Source: Pseudomonadota bacterium
Lineage (GTDB): Bacteria; Bdellovibrionota_B; Oligoflexia; Oligoflexales; CAIYRB01
Assembly (NCBI GenBank): GCA_031416315.1
Contig: JANOTL010000124.1
Coordinates: 1-20,413 of the forward strand
Direction: 5' to 3'
DNA length: 20,413 nt
Shown here: positions 7,536 through 16,581 of the stretch, piece by piece
How the letters are laid out: each line of letters starts with the position of its first letter
How positions within the stretch are numbered: the stretch's first letter is position 1
Notes under the pieces: model-generated
Databases searched by the model: none
Told to the model about the DNA's origin: nothing
The model's input: only the letters and a program-made list of their open reading frames with translations
Program-made: the position numbers and the translations under genes

Positions 7536-8300
7536 ATGCGAAAGTCGCGACGGCGCGTCACCCCACTCAAGTCTGCTGTCCTCGCTATGGTGTTTTCGGC
7601 GACGCCGGCGGCGCCGGCACGCGCGGAATTCGACGAGGAGTCGCGCAGCGTCAACGGTACCGGCGAGACCTTGCCGGCTAGGCAGTTCGAGCTTTGGCCG
7701 TCGAGCGTCGCCTACGGCGTCTCCGAGAGCTTGAGCTTGAAGGCCCTGACCTTAGGCTCGCTCGTCGGCGCCCCGGCGCTCGGCTTCGCCTACAAACTGT
7801 CGCTACCGCGCGGGATAAGGGTGACGCCGGACGGCGAGATCAGCGGCATCATCAAAGAGCGCTTTCTCGGCTGGAAGGCGGGGCTCGCCGTCGGTCTCAA
7901 TCGGGGGAGTCGCGCCCAGCACAGCTTCGCCGTCGCGCTGCGCGCCAAGAGTATCCTCGTCTCCGAATTCGGTCTGAACCCGAAAGCCGCACCGGAAGTG
8001 GTCGAAGTCGATGAGGTCGGAGCTGATGACTCCGAGTTGTTCAAGAGCGTGCGACGAAACTATGTCTGGGCCGACTTCGATTACTCGTATTACACCGAGG
8101 CGGGCAACCTCGCCTTTATCGGGGCTGACCTGCTTTCGCCTTACGTCGGCTTTACCTGGGCGTTTCGCTACGTGCACGTCGGCTTCGTGCTCGTCGAGAT
8201 CAACGATACGAGCCTGAAGCTGCGGCTTCCGTTCGATATCGGCCTCGATCAGACTTTCAGCTACTACCTGCCGCTGCCGTTCATTTACGCACGCTTCTGA
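7536..8300 (+). CDS. Secreted hypothetical protein, probable outer-membrane beta-barrel
   Basis: ATG 1 nt after the upstream TAA; basic n-region and signal peptide ending ARA|EF; amphipathic strands; C-terminus FIYARF (terminal Phe, beta-signal-like). Confidence 0.75.
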   Translation: MRKSRRRVTPLKSAVLAMVFSATPAAPARAEFDEESRSVNGTGETLPARQFELWPSSVAYGVSESLSLKALTLGSLVGAPALGFAYKLSLPRGIRVTPDGEISGIIKERFLGWKAGLAVGLNRGSRAQHSFAVALRAKSILVSEFGLNPKAAPEVVEVDEVGADDSELFKSVRRNYVWADFDYSYYTEAGNLAFIGADLLSPYVGFTWAFRYVHVGFVLVEINDTSLKLRLPFDIGLDQTFSYYLPLPFIYARF

Positions 8301-8352
8301 TCAGTGTCGACAGCACTTCATCGGCTTCGCCTGGCGGACGTATAAGACGGCC

Positions 8353-9636
<1,284 letters not shown>

Positions 9637-9665
9637 GCGCGCTCCTTGGCTTAGGGTCTCGCTCC

Positions 9666-9705
9666 ATTGTACCTGCCTCGGAGCCGGAGCGGAGCATGCT
9701 ATGAT
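9666..9705. promoter_or_regulatory. Back-to-back divergent -10 elements
   Basis: Minus-strand TACAAT (9671-9666) 30 nt before the aminotransferase ATG; plus-strand TG-C-TATGAT (9697-9705) before the YdcF gene. Confidence 0.5.
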
Positions 9706-9737
9706 CCTTGCGGATTGCGAAGCAGAAGGAGAGCCGC

Positions 9738-10412
9738 TTGACGGCGACGAGGTCGTGCTGGAGTTGCGCGTTCCGAGGGCTCGCGGCCTTGGCTCTGGCG
9801 GTCGTGGTGCTCGGGGGCGCCGCGTTTTTGGCGCGCTCTTCCTTGCTCGGACTCGCCGGCGATCTCTGCGTCCGCGACGATGCGCCGGCGCCGGGCGCGG
9901 ATCTGATCGTCCTCCTGATGGGCGAGCTCGAGACGCGCCCGCTTGAGGCCGCACGCCTCTATGCCGCCGGCATCGCACCGCGCATCTTGCTGGCCCGGAC
10001 GGAGGGCCGGCCAAAAGCGCTGGAAAAGCTGATGCCGAACGAAGCGGCTCTCGCCGTGGGCTTGCTGACGACTGCCGGGGTGCCGGCGAGCGCGATCGAG
10101 ATCGTCGAGGTTCCCTACGGCGCGCGCTCGACGCTCGACGAGGCCGACGCCATGACCGCGATCTTTGCCGGCATGACCCCTCCGCCCGCACGGATCGTGC
10201 TCGTCACGAGTTGGTACCACACCGCGCGCTCCGGTCGCGCCTTCGAGGCCGTCGCAAAGAAGCGGTCGCTGCGCGCGCGTGTCGAGGTGGTTCCGTCTTA
10301 TACCCCCGGCACTGCGCGGCATTTCGCCTGGTGGCGTGATGAGGCGGCCGCGGTCAGCGTCTTCAGCGAGTACGTGAAATCCGCGCTCTACTTTTGGCGG
10401 TACGGCATATGA
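9738..10412 (+). CDS. YdcF/DUF218 (SanA/ElyC-like) membrane-anchored protein; alternative start 9708
   Basis: TTG 9738 has an AAGGAG SD; N-terminal TM; ADLIVLLMG, R..EAARLY, GVPASAI, STLDEA, LVTSWYHTARS and EYVK motifs. Confidence 0.88.
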   Translation: MTATRSCWSCAFRGLAALALAVVVLGGAAFLARSSLLGLAGDLCVRDDAPAPGADLIVLLMGELETRPLEAARLYAAGIAPRILLARTEGRPKALEKLMPNEAALAVGLLTTAGVPASAIEIVEVPYGARSTLDEADAMTAIFAGMTPPPARIVLVTSWYHTARSGRAFEAVAKKRSLRARVEVVPSYTPGTARHFAWWRDEAAAVSVFSEYVKSALYFWRYGI

Positions 10413-11023
10413 GCGAGAAACGACTCGTCATCTCCGGCAACATCGGCGTCGGCAAGTCGAGCTTCGTCGACCTTTACGCTCGCGCGAGCGGTCTTCCGGC
10501 AGTGCAGGAGGCCGTCGCCGAGAACCCTTTCCTCGCCGACTTTTACGCGGACCGCCAGCGCTGGGGCTTCCATTCGCAGATCTTCTTCCTCGGCACCCGC
10601 CTCGCTCAGGAGGCCGAGCTCGCCGCGCAGCGGAGCTTTATCCAGGACAGGAGCCTTTACGAGGATGCCGAGGTCTTCGCCGCGAATCTCTATTCCGAGG
10701 GCAGCCTCTCCGAGCGCGATTGGCGCACTTACCGCCTTCTCTACGACGCGGCGCTCGCCACGCTCCGCCCGCCGACGCTCGTCGTCTATTTGCGCGCCGG
10801 CGTCGCAACCTTGAAGGCGCGGATCGCCAAGCGTGGCCGCGACTATGAGCAAAAAATTCCCGAGGCTTACCTCGCGCGCCTCAACGAGCTCTATGACGCC
10901 TGGGCAAAGACGTTCCGCGCGGCGCCGCTCGTGACCATCGACGTCGATGCGCTCGACTTCGTCGGCGACGCGGCCGCCTTCGCCGCCATCCGCGCCAAGA
11001 TCGATGCATGCGCGTCTTCTTAG
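10409..11023 (+). CDS. Deoxynucleoside kinase (dNK family)
   Basis: ATGA overlap with the upstream stop; P-loop GNIGVGKSS, ENPFLADFY, DRSLYED, RIAKRGRDYE lid and YLARLNELY. Confidence 0.95.
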   Translation: MSEKRLVISGNIGVGKSSFVDLYARASGLPAVQEAVAENPFLADFYADRQRWGFHSQIFFLGTRLAQEAELAAQRSFIQDRSLYEDAEVFAANLYSEGSLSERDWRTYRLLYDAALATLRPPTLVVYLRAGVATLKARIAKRGRDYEQKIPEAYLARLNELYDAWAKTFRAAPLVTIDVDALDFVGDAAAFAAIRAKIDACASS

Positions 11024-11556
11024 CGCTCGAGCTCGCCGCCGAGGCCCGAGCCGAGGCTTCGGCGTTGGCGGCGCGGCTCCGTCCACAGCTCGGTGGTGGC
11101 GCTGTGCGTTGGCTCGATCCAAGTGACTACCACGTCACCCTCGTCTTTCTCGCGCGTTTCGATCCAGCGCAACTCGCGGCGCTCGAGGTCATCGCGCGGA
11201 ACGTCGCCCGCGCGCACGCGCCGCTCGCGCTCGCGACCGGAGGCGTCGGCGCATTTCCCGACTTCGCCGCGGCGCGCATTCTCTGGACCAATGTGACCGG
11301 CGATCTCGCCGCGCTCGCGATGCTTCAGGACCAGCTCGCTGCCGCCGTCGTTCCGCTCGGGGTCCCGCGCGAGACGCGGCCGTATGTGCCGCATGTGACG
11401 CTTGCGCGTTGTAGCGAGGTGCCCGTTCATTTGGCGGAGCCGGAGCTGAAAGTCACGGCGTTTAGGGCTACGGAGGTGGCGCTGTATGAAAGCCGGACGG
11501 CGGTCGAGATCGGGGCGCGGTACCGGGTTTTGGTGCGGTGGCGTTTGGGGCGATAA
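11008..11556 (+). CDS. thpR: RNA 2',3'-cyclic phosphodiesterase / 2'-5' RNA ligase (2H phosphoesterase)
   Basis: MRVFLAL start, two HxT motifs (YHVTLVFL, PHVTLAR), GAFP..ARILW and LYES; overlaps the dNK stop by 16 nt. Confidence 0.93.
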   Translation: MRVFLALELAAEARAEASALAARLRPQLGGGAVRWLDPSDYHVTLVFLARFDPAQLAALEVIARNVARAHAPLALATGGVGAFPDFAAARILWTNVTGDLAALAMLQDQLAAAVVPLGVPRETRPYVPHVTLARCSEVPVHLAEPELKVTAFRATEVALYESRTAVEIGARYRVLVRWRLGR

Positions 11557-11562
11557 AAAACT

Positions 11563-11853
11563 TCAGTTCTTACAGAAACAGACCCAAGTCGTCCCGCTAG
11601 CCTCAGGACAGGTCGCCAGATTCCGCTCCGCCATATACTTGTGCGAAGGGCACGAGTTGAAGCACTGCGACACGCTCCGAACGCAGCCGGTCGAATACAG
11701 CACTTTTTCTTCCGCCGTCATCGGCGTGGGCTCGATCGGCGCGAGGTCCTGATCGTTCTGCGTCAGGCGTTGACGATGCTCCTCGTCGGTCGTCCGGCAG
11801 GCCAGGACTCCGGCGGCGAGCGTCAGCACGACGAGCCAAGTGGAAAGCTTCAT
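11563..11853 (-). CDS. Small lipoprotein (96 aa) with six-Cys C-terminal domain
   Basis: MKLSTWLVVLTLAAGVLA|C signal and lipobox; acidic linker; C-x6-C-x3-C-x13-C-x9-C-x-C at the C-terminus. Confidence 0.75.
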   Translation of the reverse strand: MKLSTWLVVLTLAAGVLACRTTDEEHRQRLTQNDQDLAPIEPTPMTAEEKVLYSTGCVRSVSQCFNSCPSHKYMAERNLATCPEASGTTWVCFCKN

Positions 11854-11860
11854 ATCCGAG

Positions 11861-11888
11861 CTTTCGGCGCCCGCGGCCCCGAGCTTGA
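11861..11888 (-). promoter_or_regulatory. Candidate sigma28/FliA-type promoter
   Basis: Minus strand TCAAG-N15-GCCGAAAG, 7 nt before ATG 11853; consensus is TAAA-N15/16-GCCGATAA. Confidence 0.35.
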
Positions 11889-11959
11889 GGCCCAAGAATC
11901 CGCATCCTGCCGGACCTATGGCCGAATCCGCCGGCATTTGCCGATCCCTTGAGCCTCCC

Positions 11960-13594
11960 TCAACTCTCCGCCATATACGGATACCGATAATCCGTCGGCG
12001 GCACGAACGTCTCCTTGATCGTCCGCAAGCTCATCCACCGGATCAGGTTGAGCTTGCTGCCGGCCTTGTCGTTCGTTCCCGACGCACGCCCGCCGCCGAA
12101 CGGCTGCTGCCCGACGACCGCGCCCGTCGGCTTGTCGTTCAGGTAGAAGTTGCCCGCGGTGTTCTCCAGCGCGGCCGCCATTTTCACCAGAGCCGCGCGG
12201 TCCTGCGCGAAGATCGCGCCGGTCAGTGCGTAGGGTGCGGTCGTGTCGCACAGGACCAGGGTCTCTTCGAGCTTGGCGTCGTCGTACACGAAGACCGTGA
12301 GGACCGGCCCGAAGATCTCCTCGCGCATCGTCAGGGATTTTGGATCTTCGGTCTCGATCACCGTCGGCCGGATGAAGTAGCCGCGCGAGGCGTCGCACTC
12401 GCCGCCGGCAATGATCTTCATGCCGCTCGTCGCCTTCGACGTGTCGATGTAGCCTTTGATGCGGTCGAAGGCGGGCTTGTCGATGACCGCGCCCATGAAG
12501 TTGGAGAAGTCCTCGACGTCGCCCATCTTCAGCTCGGAGACCTGCGCGACGAGGCGCTCTTTCACCTCTTTCCACAGGCTCTTCGGGACATAGGCGCGCG
12601 AGGCGGCCGAGCATTTCTGGCCTTGGTACTCGAAGGACCCGCGCACCAGCGCCGTGACCAGCGCTGGCACATCGGCCGAAGGATGCGCGAAGACGAAGTC
12701 CTTGCCGCCGGTCTCGCCGACGAGGCGCGGGTAGGTCTTGTAATTGGCGATGTTGGCGCCGACCGTGCCCCACATCCGGTTGAAGACGCCGGTCGAGCCG
12801 GTGAAGTGGACGCCCGCGAGGTCGGGATGCTTGAGACAGGCGTCGCCGATCATCGCCGCCGGGCCGGACACCAGGTTGATCACGCCTTTGGGGAGGCCCG
12901 CCTCTTCCAGGATCTGCATGCCGATCCACGAGGAGAGGAGCGACGTCGCCGCCGGCTTCCACACGACGGTCGAGCCCATGAGCGCCGGCGCCGTCGGCAG
13001 ATTCAAGGCGATCGAGCTGAAGTTGAAGGGTGAAACGGCGAAGACGAAGCCCTCGAGGCCTCGCCCGACCGTGCGGTTCCAAGTGCCTGGCGAGGAAATC
13101 GGCTGGTCGGCGTAGATCTCGGTCATGAAATGCACGTTGAAGCGCCAGAAGTCGATCAGCTCGCAGGCGGCGTCGATCTCGGCCTGGTAAGCGGTCTTGC
13201 TTTGGCCGAGCATGGTCGCCGCGTTCATCGGCGCGCGGTATTTCGTCGTCAAGAGCTCGGCGGCTTTGAGAAACACCGCGGCGCGGTCCTCCCACGCCAT
13301 CCGGCCCCATTCTTTTTGCGCTTTGGTCGCCGCGCCGATGGCGGCGCCGACGTCTTCGAGCGTGCAGGGGGCGTTCGTCGCGAGCACGCGGGAGTGCTCG
13401 TGCGGGCAGACGACCTGCGTCGTCGCCGGCTTGCCGCGCCGATGCTCGCCGCCGATCACCTGCGGGATCTCGAGCCTCTCCTTCTTCATCGACGCGAGCG
13501 TCGCCTTCAGCTCGGCCTTCTCGGCGCTCGCCGGCGCGTACTGCTTGACGGGCTCGTTGACCGGAGGGGGAACGCGGAAGTTGCCGTTGGCCAT
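11960..13594 (-). CDS. pruA: L-glutamate gamma-semialdehyde (P5C) dehydrogenase, monofunctional (544 aa)
   Basis: PPPVNEPVKQYAP, AEIDAACELIDFWRFN, SPFNF, HFTGS, GETGGK, EYQGQKCSA (catalytic Cys), EEIFGP and NDKPTGAVVGQQPFGG; ATG 13594 with AGGGG SD. Confidence 0.96.
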   Translation of the reverse strand: MANGNFRVPPPVNEPVKQYAPASAEKAELKATLASMKKERLEIPQVIGGEHRRGKPATTQVVCPHEHSRVLATNAPCTLEDVGAAIGAATKAQKEWGRMAWEDRAAVFLKAAELLTTKYRAPMNAATMLGQSKTAYQAEIDAACELIDFWRFNVHFMTEIYADQPISSPGTWNRTVGRGLEGFVFAVSPFNFSSIALNLPTAPALMGSTVVWKPAATSLLSSWIGMQILEEAGLPKGVINLVSGPAAMIGDACLKHPDLAGVHFTGSTGVFNRMWGTVGANIANYKTYPRLVGETGGKDFVFAHPSADVPALVTALVRGSFEYQGQKCSAASRAYVPKSLWKEVKERLVAQVSELKMGDVEDFSNFMGAVIDKPAFDRIKGYIDTSKATSGMKIIAGGECDASRGYFIRPTVIETEDPKSLTMREEIFGPVLTVFVYDDAKLEETLVLCDTTAPYALTGAIFAQDRAALVKMAAALENTAGNFYLNDKPTGAVVGQQPFGGGRASGTNDKAGSKLNLIRWMSLRTIKETFVPPTDYRYPYMAES

Positions 13595-13640
13595 GAGAGA
13601 GACCCCTGTCGCGGGTGAAAAGGACTGATTTTCTAGCATC

Positions 13641-13649
13641 TGCTATGAT
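13641..13649 (+). promoter_or_regulatory. Extended -10 (TG-C-TATGAT)
   Basis: Identical 9-mer to the one at 9697; lies in the divergent intergenic region 33 nt before TTG 13683. Confidence 0.5.
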
Positions 13650-13682
13650 GGAAACCCAAGCACTTTCAACGGACTCCCCGTA

Positions 13683-14660
13683 TTGCCCCGCGTCTGGACA
13701 GCCCTGCGGCTCGTGATGCTCGCCGTGACGCTCCTCCACGCGCTCATGGCTCGGGCGGCTGCGCCCACGCAGCTCAATAACTGGAGCGGCGAGTACTTCG
13801 ACAAGAAGCAGGGCGCCCTCTACTTCAAGTACCAGCTCAAGGGCTTCAAAGCCGGAAAACAGCAGTCCGTGATCACCGGTAGCTTGACGGTGACCATCCG
13901 GAACATCCTGAAGGACAAGCTCTACTTCCTGGGCCAGGCGCAGTCGGCGGCCGAGGAAGCGCCACGCGATCTGTGGAAGCTCCCGGCGGGCAAGTACCTG
14001 ATCGAGTCGGTCACCATGGTCGACGCGGCCGGGACGAAGCGCAGCTGGGAGCCCGAGAAGGAGGGCAAAAAGTTCATCGTGAAGCGCCAGACGATCTCCA
14101 ACCTGGGGATCTGGACCCTGAGCCCCAAGGGCGAAGGCGGCCTGGGCGTGAGCTTCAAGATGGCCGACAACTCTTACTCCGAGGACGGGAAAAGAAAGCA
14201 GAGCTCGGTCGCGGCCGTGGTCGACGGCTTCACCGGCCTCGTCCAGGAGAAATTCGCCGGCAAAGCGGCCAAAAAGGGCGCAGCCGACGACTACTCGTCC
14301 AAGACGGAAGCCCGCGCTTCCTACACATTTACCCGTGAAATCGCCATGTTCTATAGCTTGAATCTGTTCCGCTACAACTACCACGCCAAGCAGATCGCCG
14401 GCGTCCTTTCGGCCAGCGACGCGCAGATAAGGCGCTGCTACACCGACCGTTTGGACGAGAACGAGAAGCTGAAGGGCGAGGCGAAGTTCAGTTTCCTCCT
14501 CTCAAAGCAGACCGGGACCATGTCGAAGCTCAAGCACTCCGGCGGCGGCGCCAACGACGCGAAACTTATCGAATGCATGTACTTGGAGTTGGGACAAATC
14601 CAATTCCCGGTGCCCGAGAACATGATCGGTGAACTGGTCTACACTTTCGATGTAAGATAG
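13683..14660 (+). CDS. Secreted protein with C-terminal AgmX/PglI-like (TonB C-terminal-like) domain
   Basis: Signal peptide; C-terminal QIRRCY..RL..N.KLKG...FSF.....G...........D.KLIECM.......QFP pattern typical of AgmX/PglI C-terminal domains. Confidence 0.78.
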   Translation: MPRVWTALRLVMLAVTLLHALMARAAAPTQLNNWSGEYFDKKQGALYFKYQLKGFKAGKQQSVITGSLTVTIRNILKDKLYFLGQAQSAAEEAPRDLWKLPAGKYLIESVTMVDAAGTKRSWEPEKEGKKFIVKRQTISNLGIWTLSPKGEGGLGVSFKMADNSYSEDGKRKQSSVAAVVDGFTGLVQEKFAGKAAKKGAADDYSSKTEARASYTFTREIAMFYSLNLFRYNYHAKQIAGVLSASDAQIRRCYTDRLDENEKLKGEAKFSFLLSKQTGTMSKLKHSGGGANDAKLIECMYLELGQIQFPVPENMIGELVYTFDVR

Positions 14661-14695
14661 AGCATCAGCAGCACATAATCGTCGGAGTCACGGCA

Positions 14696-15265
14696 TTGAA
14701 CGGCGCAGCACAGCAACCGGGTCAGCCGGGCCAACAATCGAATCAGCCGGGATCGGCGCAGCAGCAATTCTCCGCACAGGGGCCGCAGCAGGGCGGCGGC
14801 GGGGGCGGCGGCGGCGGCAAGGCGAAACGCCGCACGAAGAACTACATGCTGCAGCCCTTGCTGCAGATGAAGATCGGCATCTATCTCATCGTGCTGTCGA
14901 TCCTCTTCGCGGCCGGCCTCGCCGCGCTCCTCTACTTCAACTTCGCGAGCCTCGTGAACACCATCGTGCTCATGACCGACGCCGAAGAAGAGGTGCGTGA
15001 GATCTTCATCAACTACTGGAAGGACGCCCGCATCTGGGTCTTCCTGATCTTCGCCGGCTACATCGTCGGCACGATCACCATCTCCGTCTTCTTCACCCAC
15101 AAGCTGGTCGGCCCGACCATCGCCTTCCGCCGCCACATCCGCATGGTTGCGGACGGCAAGTACAACGCCCGCACTTACCTCCGCAAAGGCGACGCCTTCG
15201 TCGAGGTCGCGGAAGAGCTCAATCGCCTGTCCGAGGTGATGGAGCGAAAGGCGAGCGGCCGCTGA
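14696..15265 (+). CDS. Two-TM membrane protein with C-terminal HAMP domain, no output domain, Q/G-rich N-terminus
   Basis: TTG with GGAG SD; two hydrophobic helices; THKLVGP.IAFRRHIRMVADGKY....LRKGD...EVAEELNRL is HAMP-like. Confidence 0.82.
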   Translation: MNGAAQQPGQPGQQSNQPGSAQQQFSAQGPQQGGGGGGGGGKAKRRTKNYMLQPLLQMKIGIYLIVLSILFAAGLAALLYFNFASLVNTIVLMTDAEEEVREIFINYWKDARIWVFLIFAGYIVGTITISVFFTHKLVGPTIAFRRHIRMVADGKYNARTYLRKGDAFVEVAEELNRLSEVMERKASGR

Positions 15266-15276
15266 GGCCGTGAGTG

Positions 15277-16347
15277 ATGACGAAGACGCCGTCACACCCT
15301 TCGATTCAAAGACCCGCGGCGCCGCTTGATACCGGCCCGCGGGACTGGTTCGTCGCCGCGATCGAGTGCAACGGCACGGTCTCCGACTGCCTCTCGGCCG
15401 TGCTCGGCGAGCTCCATTCGCGCGCCGGCTTCATCCAGTCGCTCATGGCCTCCCTCGAGTCGAACGGCGTCCGCGGCGTCGACGCGGTTACCGACCTGTC
15501 GCAGAAGATCAAGGGCCTCGAGAACACCCTCAAGTTCCGCCTCGGCATCTTGCGCCCCGAGCGCCCGCAAGCCTGGTTCCGCGCGCCGGCCGCCACCAGC
15601 ACCGGCCCATTTTCCGCGACCCTGATCGACGAGCCCGTGTTCGCGAGCTTCGACCCCTGGGACGCGGACAAAGTGAAGCGCGAGCTCTACGCTCTGTGGA
15701 CCGCGCGCCGCGCGAAGGGCCTCCCGTTCAAAGACGACGGCGGCTGCCTGTGGAAGACGCTGCTCACGTTCAACGCCGACTACAAGCGCCTCGTCGACCT
15801 GCCCGCGCCCTTCCATGCCTTCACGCTCGAGACCTTGCCCGACACGCTGCCCGTGCACTTGGACAGCCGCGCGCTGCGCGCGTTTCTCCTAAACGTGCGC
15901 AACGAGGTGCGCGGCGCCCGCGAGCGTCTCGACCTCTGCTTCCGCCAACTCCGCGAGGCGAGCGAGCGCTTCTGGGCCTTCCAACTCGAGCACGGCGCCA
16001 CCGAGCCGAGTCCGCAGCGCCCCTTCGGCCACACCGGCGCGAGCCAGCACCGCGGCCCGTCCAATCCGCAGGCCGACTCGATGCGCGAGGAGTTCAAGCG
16101 CCGCCGCGAGAAGACGCACCAAAGCCAAAGCCAAGGCGCTCGCGCCATTCTCTCCGGCAACGACCTCGACGCGCTGCGCTTCCTAGGCTTCGAGGACTAT
16201 CCCGCGCTCGAAGCCTTGCGCCAAAGATATCTGCAACTCGCCAAGCAGTACCATCCCGACAGAAACGGCGGCAACGAGAGCGCTTTCAAGCGTCTCTCCA
16301 GCGCCTATGCTCACCTGATGTCCCGCATCGAAGTCTCCGTCAAGTAG
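15277..16347 (+). CDS. Protein with C-terminal DnaJ (J) domain and unrecognised N-terminal region; start 15274 or 15277
   Basis: LRFLGF......LRQRYLQLAKQYHPDRNGGNESAFKRLSSAY with an intact HPD motif. Confidence 0.85.
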   Translation: MTKTPSHPSIQRPAAPLDTGPRDWFVAAIECNGTVSDCLSAVLGELHSRAGFIQSLMASLESNGVRGVDAVTDLSQKIKGLENTLKFRLGILRPERPQAWFRAPAATSTGPFSATLIDEPVFASFDPWDADKVKRELYALWTARRAKGLPFKDDGGCLWKTLLTFNADYKRLVDLPAPFHAFTLETLPDTLPVHLDSRALRAFLLNVRNEVRGARERLDLCFRQLREASERFWAFQLEHGATEPSPQRPFGHTGASQHRGPSNPQADSMREEFKRRREKTHQSQSQGARAILSGNDLDALRFLGFEDYPALEALRQRYLQLAKQYHPDRNGGNESAFKRLSSAYAHLMSRIEVSVK

Positions 16348-16375
16348 CTCCCTCCGTCACTCCAAGGACCCCATC

Positions 16376-16555
16376 ATGCCAAAGCTCGTCTCCGCGCTCG
16401 CGCTCGTTGTCGTCTTCGCCGCCGCCTGCACAACCCCCAACTCGTATCAGACGTCAGGCGGCGGTCAGTCGTCGTCCGCCGACGGCATCACCAACTACAA
16501 AGATCCAGGTCAGGCGGCGAAGACCAAGAAGGCCTTCGAGACGCCGCGCTTCTAG
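16376..16555 (+). CDS. Small lipoprotein, 59 aa (not in the ORF track)
   Basis: AAGGA SD at 16364-16368, ATG 16376, MPKLVSALALVVVFAAA|CTTPNSYQTSGGGQSSSADGITNYKDPGQAAKTKKAFETPRF, TAG 16553-16555. Confidence 0.8.
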   Translation: MPKLVSALALVVVFAAACTTPNSYQTSGGGQSSSADGITNYKDPGQAAKTKKAFETPRF

Positions 16556-16581
16556 CCGAGCCCTACGGCGAGCGGGCAAAC

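Noticed and set aside
9637..10191. 185-aa N-terminal extension of the aminotransferase in the ORF track
   Set aside because: Antisense to the YdcF gene; a good SD and -10 support ATG 9636
9738..11556. dNK plus 2H phosphoesterase as an anti-phage or anti-CBASS system
   Set aside because: Both look like ordinary housekeeping family members; no defence-island or phage context
11916..14384. 822-aa minus-strand ORF and other long Arg/Ala/Pro-rich ORFs (e.g. 189-1154, 8318-9697, 15366-16676, 17659-19896, 18111-19646)
   Set aside because: Shadow or alternative frames of real genes in GC-rich DNA; no motifs and biased composition
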